In this document: positions 14,061 through 28,672 of the stretch, one piece after another | Numbering within the stretch: position 1 is the first letter of the stretch | Layout: every line of letters starts with the position of its first letter | Source: Rhizophagus irregularis | Taxonomy: Eukaryota | DNA: 64,000 nt | Direction of reading: 5' to 3' | Assembly: GCF_026210795.1 (NCBI RefSeq) | Contig: NC_089434.1 | Span: forward strand, 4,340,001 to 4,404,000 | Position numbers and translations under genes: made by a program | Notes under the pieces: generated by a model | Told to the model about the DNA's origin: nothing | The model's database searches: none | What the model saw: only the letters and a program-made list of their open reading frames with translations

Positions 14061-14949
14061 AAACAAGTTTATGCTTTATACTGTGCTTTAGTTGAGCTAG
14101 CTATTGTACTATTATTATTTAAAAATACTATTTTTGCCACTTATATCTTTTGATACGAACCACAGACTTTTGAGTCGAATTATGCTACGAAAAATCATGA
14201 CATCCATGAAATAATAAAAATATTTTGGTTTTGTCCTACATTTATCAAAAAAAAAATTCCATGTAGTCGATAATAGGAAATAGAATTAATGGAATTGAAT
14301 ATAAAATATTTAATTTATTATATTTGAAATGTTTGTAAATGTTAGAAATGATGTCATTTATCTTACTTTTTACATTTTAAAATTTTGTATTGTAAAATTG
14401 TATAGCTAAGCAGAGTAAAATTATGAAGAGTAAGTTACTTACTTATTTACTGTTTTTATTCCGTTTAAAATTTTATATTGATAATATTTTTTGTTTAATA
14501 TTTGTATCATATTTTATAACAAATTAATATGAATAATTGTTTATAGTTGTTAATAATTTTAGGAGGAAAAGTTTTTTTGAGAGTTTAAAAAATAAACTCA
14601 ATCCTTATTTGGCAAGTATTGCCGGGAGAGAAGATTTCAATTAACTAATAATTCTTCATCAGCGCTTTTCAAACGATTAAAATAATTCAGCCCACGCATT
14701 CGCAGTAAAAGGTTTCAACAATTACTAGATTATTTAATTACGTCATATTGTAGTCACATTGGGATCTATTTACAAAATCTCTTTTTTTTTAGAATGACAT
14801 ATATTAGTATATTAGATATAGTAACAATAATTCAAATATGACATAAAGTAATAAGTTGTTAATGATTTAATGAAACTTTTTTTTTATTGCATTTTCTTTA
14901 ATAATAAAGCAATCTGTCTAATCAACTAAGGTTAGAATTCATGTTTATT

Positions 14950-17733
14950 TATCTATTTTAATAATAAGTTTAAACCTTTTTCAGCTTCTTGGCATCCATT
15001 TTCTGCTGCTTTTTTGTACCAATAAATGGCATTCTCAACATTTTTTTCGGTTCCTTCTCCCCGTTCATATAAAGATGCGAGGTTGTATTGTGCATCAACA
15101 TTTCCTCCTTTTGCAGCCATTGTAAAATAATTAAATGCTTTTTCTTTATCAATAACGATTTGAATTCCATAATTATAAATATACCCAACTTTATATTGAG
15201 CAATTATATATCCTTGATCAGCCGATTTCTTATAGAATTCAAATGCTCTTGTTTCATTTTGACGAATACCTTTACCTAATTCATAAAATTCACCTAATTA
15301 ATACAATGCAATTTTATTGTCATTTTCTGCAGCTTTATGATACCAATAATTGACTTTGTCTAAATCATTCACTATTTCATCATCATTTTTAATAAAATTA
15401 ATTTGGATGTTTAGTATATAATTCAAACCCCTTTTCTTTATTAATTTCAGTTCCTATTCCATTTACGTAATAATATCCAAGTATAAATTTTGCACCTATA
15501 TATCCACTTACAGCCGATTTTTTATAAAATTCAAATGCTTTAATTTCATCTTTATTTACACCTTTTCCCAACTCATACCATTCTCCTAAATTATTTTGTG
15601 CAACTTCATCACCATTTTCTGCTGCTTTTTGGTACCAGTAAAGAGCTTTTTAATATCCCTATCAATTCCAATTCCACATGAATAATAATATCCAAGTTGA
15701 CATTGAGCATCTACATTACCTTTTCCAGCTAAATCTTTAACTAATTCAACCGCTTTTTTCTCATTTTTATCAACCCCTTTTCCGAATTGATAACATTTAC
15801 TTAAATTGTATTGTGCATTAGTGTTTCCTTTTTCAGTTGCTATACTATATAATTCAAATGCTTCTGATTTGTTAACTTCAGTTCCAATTCCTTTATCATA
15901 ATAATATCCAAGCTTAAATTGGGCATCTGCATTACCTTTTCCAGCTAAATCTTTTATTAATTCAAATGCTTTTTTCTCATCTTTATCAACTCCTTTTCCT
16001 AATTGATAACAGTTACCTAAATTGTATTGTGCACCAATATTCAGCAGCTGCTTTGTATAATTCAAATGCTTTTGATTTATTAATTTCAGTTCCAATTCCT
16101 TTTGAATAATAATATCCAAGTTGGCATTGAACATCTACATCACCCTTTTCAGCTAAATCTTTTATTAATTCAAATGCTTTTTTTCCATTCTTATCAACTC
16201 CTTTTCCAAATTGATAACAATTTGCAAGATTAAATTTTGCACTTGTATTTTCATTATTAGCTGCTTTCTGATACCAATACACTGATTTTATAGTATTTTG
16301 TGCAATTCCAATACCAAATTCATAGCAATTCCCTAAATAAAATTGAGTAATAATATTACCACTTTCTGCAGATTTTTGAAACCAATTAAATGCTAAATTA
16401 TGATTACATTCAATTCCATATCCACCATCATAATAACATTTTCCAAGATAAACTTGTGCAAATGAATAATTATTTTCAGATGCTTTTAAAAATAGTTCAT
16501 AATAAAGTAATCCAAGTAAATAAACATATTGTGGATTTACTTGATTAGATAGCCATTTAATGAGATCGTCCAAGCTTTGATTTAATTCTAATACTTGTTG
16601 ATTAATAAATTGCTTAATATCTTGAAAATTAATACCTTCCCTATCATGTTTGCTGTTTATTTCTTCAACTAAATTTTCAACAACTATATTGTTTACCTTA
16701 TCAAATGTCGACCCATATGAAAAATATTGATGAATTTGTTTGAATTGTTGTATTTGATAAATTTTTCTCAGCATCCATTAAATTTAATCCAGTATTTGAC
16801 ATCAATTCATTATTTAAATCCATGGTCCCAATTGATTCTATTAGTTGATTGTTTTCTTTTTCTTTATTAACAGTATCAATAACTATATCATCTTGTTTAG
16901 GAAATATTAGTTTATAAAGGATTGAAACGACATTTTGTATATTTGGGCGTTCATCTGGCTCATATAACCAACATTCTAGTTATTTAAATATTGTTAAACT
17001 TTCTTTCAAGAAATTTATTAATTTATAAAATTATTAATATAAATTACCTGTATACAAATTACTATACTCTTTAGGAGTATTATCAATAATTTCTTCTCGC
17101 TTTCCATTTGCTATGGATAAGATTAAGCTTACATCATAATTATAATTAAAAAATGGTCGACGGCCACTTGAAATTTGCCACATTAAAACTCCTATTCCAT
17201 ATACATCAGATTTTTTGTTTAATTTGTAACCTTGATCATTTAACTTTTTGGGGTCAATGAAAGGTATTACGCCAAGTATTTTTGATACATTGCTTGATAC
17301 CTCGGCGATTTTTTTTGATAAACCAAAATCCGTCAGTTCTAGATTTTTCTGATGTACAAGTATATTATCTGCATGCTATTATTATAAAGAATCTTATTTA
17401 GTAAGAATATAATCAAATAATCAAATAATCAAATAACAAATTACAAAGCTAATAATTTATTATTACCAGATCACGATGAATATTATTACAATCATGTAAA
17501 CATTCTAATGCAGTGGCTAGTTGAAATGCTAACTGATACTTATCGGTCCAAGTGAGTTCATTAAAATGCTCATTTAAATAAGTTTTTAATGTACCATTAT
17601 TAGCATATTCTAAGACTAACGAATATTTTTCTGGATACAAAGATTATATTAAAAATGAAGCTCATTCAATAATGTATAATATATATCAAACTTAAAACTT
17701 ACCATTTTCTACTTTCGTTATTCCATAAAACCG
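14950..17733 (-). pseudogene. Tyrosine-kinase-like kinase plus Sel1-repeat protein, 5'-truncated with frameshifts
   Basis: Exons give [58 protein letters not shown], then many Sel1 repeats (AQYNLGNCYQLGKGVDKDEKKAFE) in shifting frames; no start codon or Gly-loop exon found upstream of 17733. Confidence 0.85.
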
Positions 17734-17815
17734 GACAAAAATATCAAGCACGTACAGATAAAAACATCAAGCCTTTTTTTTTCTTTTTTTTTATATAATC
17801 CGATTTAGCGTGTTG

Positions 17816-18361
17816 AGCGTATAATAGAGTGTGTGAAAGAATGTCAAATTTTCTATGAAGTGTTTAGTGTAGGACGAGTATTATTATTTAATGTGTTTGT
17901 AGTTAAAAGAGATTGGAGGGTGCACGAGTTGATGAGTAGCATATAATAGAGTATGTTCTATTTATTCCCTGACTATATAATGTGGAAAGAACGAGATCGG
18001 TAGTGTTTGATGTGTAACATCGATTATTATTCGATGTTTTTTTCTTTTTTTTGTCTTCTATAGTTAGGGAAGATGAAAAAATATATGAGTTGATGGATAG
18101 TATATAGTAGGATCGTTCTGTTTACTTTTTTGTCTTGTAGGGAACGTTAAATTCCTTATTGATGAAATTGAGATCAAAAATGTTTGATGTGCAACAAGAA
18201 TTATTATTTGATGTATTTGAAATTAAGGAGCTGTAGTATTACTGCTGGAAGGAACGTTAAATTTTATGAAGTTGGGATCAAGTTGTCTGATGTGTGATGA
18301 AGAATATTATTTGATGTATTTTTTCCTTTTATCTTGTGTTGTTAAAGTAGATGGAAAAATA
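17816..18361 (+). repeat. Second copy of 1863-2406
   Basis: Near-identical direct copy, from agcgtataatagagtgtgtgaa to gtagatggaaaaata. Confidence 0.9.
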
Positions 18362-19327
18362 CTTTAATTATCCATCCAAAATAAATATATGACCGAGCTA
18401 TTTCATTTTGTAATTTATTTAATTCTATAGTAGCAATGTTCGAAAATTCTAAATAAAAATAAAGATTTTTCCCTAAGTTCACTGGCAGCCCATGCCCAAA
18501 TTTTCCAATATTAAGATGTGCCGTCGTGGAGCGTCCTTAACCTAAGGTGAGGGTGTAGACCTTTAACCTAAACTGGGATGTACGATTAAAATTTGACGAA
18601 TTTCATTGGTCAAATTTCGTTTTGTGTTTATCTTAGAAAAATTTTCGTGATGTTTTTTCGCGCAAAGAAATATTTATCTTATATAAAAAATTCTTGTACT
18701 ATAGCGTTTTAAGAAAAGAGCAAATGAAATATTTATCTAAAATAACTTTCATAATTCTTACAATTTTTATTTTATTTATAAATTTGTTGTAAATATATTA
18801 TTTATTATTTATTTTTTTTTTTAAAAAAAAAGATAAATAGACCATATTTTTGAACTAGATATTTTTACAAATAAAACATGACTAAAGAATTTATGTAAAA
18901 CTTCTATAAAAGCTTTTGGGGCTTTTAAGCTTAACACTAATAATATATTTTTACTTTTTATCCTAAGTTTTCAATAAAAAATATTTCAGTAAATTTTGTA
19001 TTTAAAAAATTACTTCAACCGCAAAATAAAATAAAAATAAAAATTAATAAATTAAAAAAGAAAGTGACATATAAATAATAATCATTTTATTATATATACC
19101 AAATCTCTAAAGCGTCGTGCCGTCGTGATTGTCCACATTACATCATCATGCACGTGACAAGAAAGTATATCCAAATTTTACGAATTTTACTATATAACAA
19201 TGCCCGTTACAACCTCTGGGTCCAAGAGGACGAGTGGTTATCAGCTCCTTTCTCCCTCTTATAAATAGACCAACTTTCATTAGGACAATACCATAGTCTT
19301 CGGCAAAAAGTATCATTCCGTCTATGA

Positions 19328-20237
19328 TAAAGATGGTCATCGGTCCTAAAAGACCGCGGTCCTACGGTCCTACACCATAAAAAGACGGACCGGTCCGTCT
19401 TAGTGTAGGACCGCGGTCTTTCGGTCCTGTATCACATATAATAAGACCGTCGGTCTTTTTAAGGACCGCAGTCTTTTTAAGACTTTTTCTTTTTTTTTTA
19501 CAAATAAAAAAATTTTTTTCCTTAACTTTATTAGGAATAGCCTTGTTTTATAAATATGAACACTAATCGGGATGTTTTTAAATATACAAATTTTTTTTTT
19601 ACAAATGATCATCACATGCGTCATGCACTTACTATTATTGTATTGGTGATAATAATCGTGATATCTCGCCATCCAGTGATTATAAAAATATGAAACTACC
19701 ACCATTCGAATCGTCTCAATGAGGCGCGTCGAATGGTATCAAAATCATTATTTTATAATCAATAGAAAAAAAATTTACATCGGCAAAACTATTTGATAAC
19801 AAATTCAATAATTTCCGGCTATCTATCGATCCTGGAAATATGATTTAGCCACCATTCGACGCGTCTCGTTGAGACGATTCGAATGGTAGTGGTTTCATCA
19901 TTTTATGATCACTGGATGACGAGATATTCCGCTTAAACGCTTTTTTGGAGTTAGCGTTTTGACAGGCAACTCTACAAGTGGGAGAAGTGATTGTCATTGT
20001 TTATTGGTTTAGAATTGGTCGGTCTTTATATTATTTTATAAAGACCTTCATCAGATTAATAGATTTATTCAATATAAAAATCATTTATTATATGAAGACC
20101 GATATGAGGACTGGTCGGTCCTCGGGACCGGTCCTACTGCGCCACAAAAAAATGCAAGACCGCGGTCTGGTCCTACAAGTCCCGGGACCGACTGGTCCAG
20201 GACCGAGTAGGACCGGTAGGACCGATGACCATCCTTA
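19328..20237. mobile_element. hAT-type non-autonomous element
   Basis: TIRs taaagatggtcatcggtcct / aggaccgatgaccatcctta, perfect 8-bp TSD gtctatga, dense subterminal GGACC/GGTCC repeats. Confidence 0.92.
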
Positions 20238-20867
20238 GTCTATGACAGTATTTACAGACGGCATTTTTCAAAATGAAAGATCAATAGTATAAAATTATCG
20301 TGAAATTATTTTTACAGGATTTTTTGTTACCCTTTGTTATTTTTTCTTTTAATATCCCTGATAGAACTGATCATGCCTAAATAGTTCGAGGTTTGTTTTT
20401 TTAGGCGGGACGTCTCACGTGTGGGATTAGGTTTCAACTATTAGAATGTTTAGTTTTATTACTTTATTTTAGAGTGATTACTACATGGTGTTGTACCTTC
20501 GTTCTGTCGTCATGTTAAAAATAAAAATAAAAATAAAAAAAAAGCCCGTTAGATACAAACTACTTTATTTAATAAAACACGAATGTTGCTAGAACTAACA
20601 ACTAATACATAAAAAAATTGCGAATATATCGTTGTTACATGATGCAAGTACAAGTAAAAACCTACTATGATAAGAAGAATTTTGGATATGAATACTACTA
20701 TAACATCTTCGTTGGTACTGTTAGCAAAGGTTTTTCTGCGGGATAAATTTAAAGAAGGAAATCATTACTTACTTCACTTTTGATGGAACGTATTGAACTT
20801 TGAATAATCGGTTTCATTTAGAAACAATAATATTCAATCATTTTTTTATTTTTTTACTTATTTATTT

Positions 20868-21221
20868 CTGGTTGTTTTACCGACAAATGGTTTACTGACA
20901 ATTTCACCAAAAAAGTGTCATTTCGACAAAAAAATTTAAATTATTTTTCTTTTTCCAGTTTTGTTCATCACAACTAAAATGATTGATTTGTAATAAAAGA
21001 TTTAAAAAATTTGGGGTTACGTATTTATAATAATCACTAAATTAGGAATACTAAAAAGATATACGATAAGACATAATAATATGGTTTTTTTTTAAAAAAG
21101 GAAAAGATTTATATTTAATTTTTATTATAACATTCAAAAATTACCATATACATACTATATATACAGTATGTCGATGAAATGATAGTCGGTGTAAGTAATT
21201 GTCTATGAATTGAATGTATCC
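20868..21221. mobile_element. Degenerate MITE-like element, related to 28235-28672
   Basis: ctggttgttttaccgacaa... with tt(t/c)accga-like subrepeats on the left, opposite-orientation gtcgatgaaatg on the right, ending tgaatgtatcc. Confidence 0.4.
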
Positions 21222-24200
21222 TTTTATTGGTTCTATAAATTAAAAAGAAATAATAAAATTTGATTTGACAGCATATTATGCTGATTCCTTTCATAAATAG
21301 ATCATCATGATTTCTTTAATGAACGCACTGTGAATTTTTTTTTTTAAAAAAATGCCACTTTACTAAAAAAGAATCATTCAACTTTTATGATGATGATATT
21401 AGAAATTGAGATCGTCAATAATTTGAAGTGACCTAAAGTTTTGTAGAATTTTTAATATTAACGTTAATTAAAAGAAAAAAAAACAAATTAGAAATTTGAG
21501 TTTATATTTATATTAGAATTGCAGAAAATACAGAAGAAATGTTTAATCATTTACTTACATTTAAGGATTTAATATTTTAATAATTTGAAAATAATTATAA
21601 TTCTCTTAAATTTATTTCTCGATATAATATGATTGATACCCCGATAGATTTTTTTTTTTTTTTGAAAATCTAGGAAATAAAAATTTCACGTCATATTTGT
21701 CATATTCGTCATATTTGGACATCAAACATCAGACCGTTCAAAAAAAAAAAGAGTTGCAAATTACGTGATCGGTTATGTTAGACAACCCTTTTCCACCATT
21801 GATCAATATTGATAAGCTCATTATGGTAGAGGTAAATCGCACATTGGTGGCACAGTTACAATTTTATTGATGTAACATTTCTGTTTTGCGCGCTTTTATC
21901 ATGTTACAAAAAATTTTTTTTTTTAAAAAAAAGTATTTATTTTTTTTAATAATAATAATAATAATAAAATACATACATATTTATTTAAAAAATTGTAATG
22001 GTTTTTAATTTAACGCTACATTTTAATAAATTAAATCGCAATATGAGTATACTTGTGAATTGTAATTTATTAATCTCAAAGAATATTAAATAGATTGATA
22101 TACAGGAAGTTTTGTGTTGAACACTAAATGTTTGGTTTATAAATTAAATATTGAATTTAAACTATGTATGTATTGTTTTGTTTATCTATTTATTGATACA
22201 GATATCAGGTGTACAATAAAAACAACACTACTAATTATTTAAGAATTATTATCATTGTGTTATCAGATTATAATAGTAGATCATGTGATTTTATAGTTAA
22301 GGATGAAAAATGTGGATAGAAATAAAATACTTAGGAAGAAAAGAATGTCCAATTTATATCAAAATTAGTATTAGTTTGTGTCATGTATTTTTAATCATTC
22401 AGTGACACCAGTGAGATCAAAAGAATTTTGCTACATACAGTATAACAACATTAAAGCCAAAGAATTATTGTAAAATAAAGTCATAGCCACAAAATCACAA
22501 TTCAATTTTTATTTTATAATTTATGTTGCTAAAAAAAACTATGTTAAAAAATGGTTGCTTTAGCTGTACATCCTGAACGCGTGAATTTATTTATGAAAAA
22601 AATCAAAAAATATATTAAATATTTTTTTAGAATGAAAAAATAATTTTGGTTAATTATTAATTCCTAAATTATTTTAAGTAAAACTATCTAACTAACATTT
22701 ATTTATTATTTTTTAAATTCAAATCATTTTTTATTATATAAATCCGCGATCACACGAATTAAATCGTAATTCGTAACCTATTTCAACTTTAAGTTTACTA
22801 ATATATTATTAACAAACATTTTGAAAATTGCGGGTGCAAATTATTTCACAAAATTAGTCATCCGAAAATTTTTTTCCTTCATGCTTGATATGAATAATTC
22901 AGTGAAATATAGAAAATCATTTTAAGTTATGCGCAGCACTTATTAATATTTTACCCCCTAGAAAATCATTTGATCATTTTAACTTGGTTAATTTTAATTG
23001 GTCATTATATATATATCATTTATGCTAGGCACGTCATATCGTCATATGACTAACTATCACATACTGTACATATAACGTGTCTACATAAAATGCAAATGCA
23101 AAGGACAAGTCATATTGCCAACACCGTTAAATAGTGCGCATATGAATGTACAGTACGGTCAATATTTTATGCGTATAAAAATTTTTTGAAGGTATCACTG
23201 CTCAAGACATACTTTCTCTATCGTTAATTAAACTAATTTATTAGTAATCAAGATTTTTTTCAAAATTTAATAAGAACACTTTTTATGATGGGTTATATTT
23301 GGTTAATATCAATAAATTAATAATGAGGCGAGATTAGTTTATGTTATCAATTAAACTAATTTAAGCATATACCTTATATACCATTTAATAATCAACTGAA
23401 TATTACGATTAAATTCATACAATTCATATGTAAAAAAAAAATTATATGTAAAAAAATGGCGTTCAAATTCAAAAAATACATAAATTTTCTTCCTCTCAGG
23501 GCCGGAATTACATAATGTCGGCTGTAATTATCAAAAAAGGAATGCACATTGTGACACAAAAGTACGATATATGAACTTCTATTTACGTATTAGTATAATG
23601 AAACACGGATTAATAATGTAGTACGGATTCATGCCAAAATAATGTAATGTCTTAGTAATAATCACGCCTGTTTAATAAAAATAAAGAATAAAAAATAATA
23701 ATAATAAAATTGAAAGTAATAATATTCACGACACGACGTTCTAAAACTATATAACGGAGAGTTCAACGGTAATTATACCTAATTCTTAATTCAAAAAAAA
23801 TATAATACAAAAACGTTACATCTAATACTCAACGTGTTACCAATAACTTGTAGATCTTATCTTTTATCTCATCGGACCGAATTTTATTATGGTTAAAAAA
23901 CTTTAACATTAACTTAGTTAGAAAGAATACATAATAAAATTTAATTCTTAATAAATTATATTAGAATTCATATGAACAACATTAATAATATTATGTGCAT
24001 TTAATTTTTTTTTTATTAAATTTTTTAGCATAATATTAATTCAGAATAAACGTTTATACCTTATTAATTGATAATCAAAATAAATATGCTTGAGGATCAA
24101 AACTTCTTGCGACATTCCGCCTTTACCGTGAAAGTTAAAAATCTTTAATTTAGATCAAAAATGTGGTTAAAAATGTGGTTATTAAGGGTTTTCCATTTAC

Positions 24201-25504
24201 GTACTAGTAAAATTAATTCGGTCAAATATAGATTTACTATATTTTTATAATTTTTTGCTTGAAAAACATTATAAAAAACATATTATGCATTGTAGGTTGT
24301 ATAGTAATTATAATATAATAGTAATCATAGCAGTTTACTGCACATTAAGGAAATTAAGTTTCTGTAAACCTACAAGAAATATAAAAGATGAGATTCTAAG
24401 AAATATATCGGAGAATATCCTCGTACCTAATTATCACTTCTTGAATGTTTCATCCGAAATTAAAAAAAAAAATTACAATGTCATAAAAATAGCAACCAAT
24501 TAGGTACTTTTATCTCATTCGAATCGAATAAACCGAATAATCGGCTTTGACTTTTTTAGACGGGCTATTAACACAATTAGAAGGTACAATTTTATATAGG
24601 AAAAAATAAACAACCTAATCTAACTTTTTATGTATTAATACTTCTGCTAATATTTTTTATGTTATCATAATAATTTCCGGTTATTGTTAAAATTTTTTAA
24701 TTCTAGAATTCACGGTCTGCAATGTAAAATCTCTTGTAACGATATTCTTAAACGAAACGCATCGAACCTCCTTGATTTACAACAATTCCAAAATAGAAAA
24801 GTTCCAACAAAGAAAATTTTCATGTTGGTTTCGCAATTTTATTCAAAGTTAACATGTAAAATTTACTAAAGCGGTTATGATATCACTGTAAGACGTTACA
24901 TATCGCAGATGATCAGTAGCCGATATATACCTAAGAAAATTTATAATTATAAGATTAAAGACGATGCAAAATTTTAAATCTTACAAATACATTTAACATA
25001 CTGCATTATTATAAATGGATAAATGGGCTTAATAAGTTATTCATATATTATAAAGATAAAAAAAGTTAACGTAATTTTGCATATCTTAAATGATTCTATA
25101 AAGAAAATAAAGATGTGTGATACAAAATACAAATTATCGTCACATCTAAAATGATAAACGTTCAACTTTATACTTATAGAAGAATCTGACGGAAGATTTG
25201 AAAATCATAATTTTCGCGTGACACTATAATTTTCGTGTGTTACCTGCACACAGGAAAAAAAAAATAATTTTATAGTTAGATGTTTATTGCTTTTTTTACG
25301 TATAAATATAGCATCTAAAACCTTCTTTTTCGAAAAAATCTTTTGCAGAGAAATAACAAAAATCAACTTGATAATTTCCTAAGCAAAAGATAAAAAAAAA
25401 ATTAAATTCTCATAATTCTCATATTAAATTCAAAAATAAAATAAATAATAAAATCGCATATTTTAAATTTTTTTTTTTATTCTTCACTAATTTATTAATT
25501 CATC

Positions 25505-27588
25505 ATGAACGTAGCACATTTAGAAATTCTTACTGTTTCAAACAACTTTCAATCTTCTCATATTAATTCTGCATCGCAGAGTATTTTCCATGATAATGTA
25601 AATTATGATTATTCTCAACAAACAGATTCTATTACCATCCCATCTCAATTATATTCTGAACATATGAATCAAAACGATTTATCAAATCAACAATATTCAA
25701 TCAATCAACAATTACTTAAAAGTATACCGATTCATCCAACCAAATTTTTTTATCAGCCGCCAAATGATCCTTTCAATTATCACATTAAATGTGAAAAAGT
25801 TTCTAACCAATCATTAAATAAGTCAATTAATAAACAATTAAAAGAAAATGAATATACGTTCTTTTATTTACAATTAAGTGACTATCAATCTTATCAGATA
25901 ACATGCGAAATGTTTACTCCTTCTTCGCCCTATAAAAAAATTGGATACGTTTTTTATAAAGTTTTTATACGATTTTTTTCCTTAGAAATAACGTATCATA
26001 ATAGGATACGGAAAAATGCACAATTCCGTATCACTAAAAATATGGTTTGGATACGGAATTTGCACGGAATTCATATGGAATTTACATGATTTGATCACTG
26101 ATTTTATCACGAAATTTATACGATTTGGTCACTGAATTTACTATTTGTATTACAGTTTACTATAATTATATTTACATAAATCTAATTTTACTTTATTAAA
26201 TTAAATAAAAAATAAAAAATAAACAAAATACAAATACATTATGAAAATTCCTCCTTATTAAAACCACCTATTGCAACCAAAATTATCTATAAGTTCAGGT
26301 TCATTTGGAGTCAAACAACCTAAAAAAAAACAAAAAAAGAAACATAAGAACGTCTAACTTAATTGGAAACAAAACCCCCCTTCATATAGTATCTGCAATC
26401 GTCCAAGTCACCAAAGGTCAGTATTCCTACAAAAAAAGAAAGAGAACTCCAGAATGTCTGACCTACATAAATGAAAAGAATTATGAAGCATCTGATGAAA
26501 AAGAAACCAAAACAACAAAATAAATCCAAAACTGACCTACAAAAAGAAGACTCTGAAGCAACAAAACCGAAACAACCTACAAAAAGAAAAGAATCTGAAC
26601 CCAACTTACAAAAAAAAAAAAGAAAATTTGAACTGACCTAAAAAAAGAAAAAAATCCTGAACAATCCTACAAAAAGGAAAGGACTCCCAAACTGATCTAC
26701 AAAAAAGAAAAAAGAAACTGAGTCTTCTCACAAAAAAAAATCTGCTGGCCTATGAAATAAAAAAAGAGATAAATATAAATAAAAAAGAAAGGGGAATAAA
26801 GAATAAATCAAAAAAAATATTTTTTTAAAAAGAGAGTAACGAAGTTAGGAAAGTTTATAAAAAATTTTTATTTTTCTAACTTTGACGTCCTCCCTTTAAA
26901 AAAAAAATTTTTTTTAAGAGGAAATAGAAATAGAAAGAAGAAAATTTTTTTTAAAAAAAAGAAGAGTGGGAATAAAAGAATAAAATCAAAAAAAAAATTT
27001 TTTTTTAAAGGAGAGAGTGATGAAAAAAAAAATTTAAAGTGAGGTACAAAAAAAATTTTTTTTTAAAAGGGGGGTGACGAAAAAAGAAGAAAAATTTAGA
27101 AAAAATAACAAAAATAAGACAAGAGAAAAGAGAAGGAAGGGAAAGACAGAAAGGAAGATCGGAAGATCAAACTCATCAAAGTAAGGGTTTATATAAAAAC
27201 AAAAAACGTATCATAACAAAACAATAAACAATCACGTGATCTCGTGTTATGATACGAGATTTTTGTAAAATTATTTTCTAAAAATATTAAGTTTAAAAAT
27301 TCCGTATACATTCCGTATGATTAATTTTTTCCGTATACATTTCGTATACATCAGTTTTTTTAAAAAATGTTCAAAAATGAATTGCTTATTAAATATACGG
27401 AATTTGTATACGGAATCTATAAAAACGTACATAAAATGTATACAAAACGTATCCTTTCCATATACATATTTCTTATAGGGTCGATTAATAATTATTTGAA
27501 TAAATATATTTATGGTATCGAAGTTGAACAGATACAAGAAGAACTTTCTATATTTACATCTTACATCTTATCACAAAGAAAATCTTAA
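25505..27588 (+). pseudogene. Hypothetical Q/S/N-rich protein gene interrupted by a transposon
   Basis: Removing 25928-27480 and one TCG joins ...EMFTPSS to INNYLNKYIYGIEVEQIQEELSIFTSYILSQRKS* in frame. Confidence 0.7.
25928..27480. mobile_element. Non-autonomous TIR element, probably CMC/CACTA-type (CCC...GGG ends)
   Basis: ccctataa...ttataggg termini, 3-bp TSD TCG, subterminal tacgg/ccgta repeats, purine-rich interior. Confidence 0.8.
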
Positions 27589-28234
27589 ATCCTATTTAAC
27601 ACAATACCTAAGTTATTATATACTTAATTAATTAATTTTGAATATTGTTATTAATTACACTATCTAATATAGAATTTTAATAGTTAATTTGTATAGTTAA
27701 TTTTGTCATTAGATTTAATCTTGAAAACATGTTCCATATATAAAATTAGTAATTTCATGTTATCACTTATCAAGTTAATAAAATAATAAAACCTTATATT
27801 GATTTTAATATTATTACTAATACCTAATGATCGCACTGATCTTAATAAAATGCTTGTTCTTATATAAAGAAGATCCAAAAATGGAAACTTTAAAACTTTA
27901 TTCGATAATCGTAGCCAAATAAATCTTTGGATTTTCAAATCTAATGTTACACCACAATAATTAACTTCGTTTCAGATCATCAGATATACCGTACTAACAT
28001 AACATGCACAACCTTATATACAGCACACTGTAACGCAAGTCATTTAAGTAATTTACGAACTGATCCACCATGGTTAACATTTACATTTTCATGTCACGTT
28101 AAAAATATTAGATACTCGAAATACCACTTTGATGGTGCCGATACTTGCAAAGTATAGTACGATACAGTACTATCAAAAATAATAGCTTATTAGTTTGGTC
28201 CTTTTAATTCTCTGTATCCTATTTCTATAGAGCC

Positions 28235-28672
28235 TGGTTAATTTTACCGTCAATTACTTCACCAACAATCACTTCAACGACAAATATTTCACCAATAGGG
28301 TGGTCATTTTGCAATAAATGTTTTATTGACTATCATTTTATTGACAGTTCATTTCGCGATAAACGTTTCATTGACCTTGACAGTTCATTTTGCTCATTTT
28401 AAAGAAAAGTAAATTACCTTTTTTTTGTTTTTGCCAGCTAAAATTACTATAAATGATATGCGATAATAATAAAAATTTGAAGCTATAATAATCACCAAAT
28501 TAGAACCATGTTAAAAAAAGAACAATTTTTGTATTTTTATACGAAAGTATATTTAATTTATATTTAATTTCATAATATTTATAAATTATATATCAGTGAG
28601 ATTGCCGTCAGCAAAATGCTTATCGATGAAATGGCTATCGATGATATGATTGTTGATGAGTTAAATGCGTCC
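28235..28672. mobile_element. Degenerate MITE-like element, related to 20868-21221
   Basis: ctggttaattttaccgtc... ttcaccaa/ttcattgac subrepeats on the left, tcgatgaaatg/gttgatga on the right, ending aaatgcgtccc. Confidence 0.4.

Noticed and set aside
17738..17765. aatatcaagcacg match to the LTR start
   Set aside because: Only about 13 bp in AT-rich DNA, with no further LTR similarity.
26305..26760. Lys-rich short ORFs
   Set aside because: A-rich minisatellite inside the 25928-27480 element.
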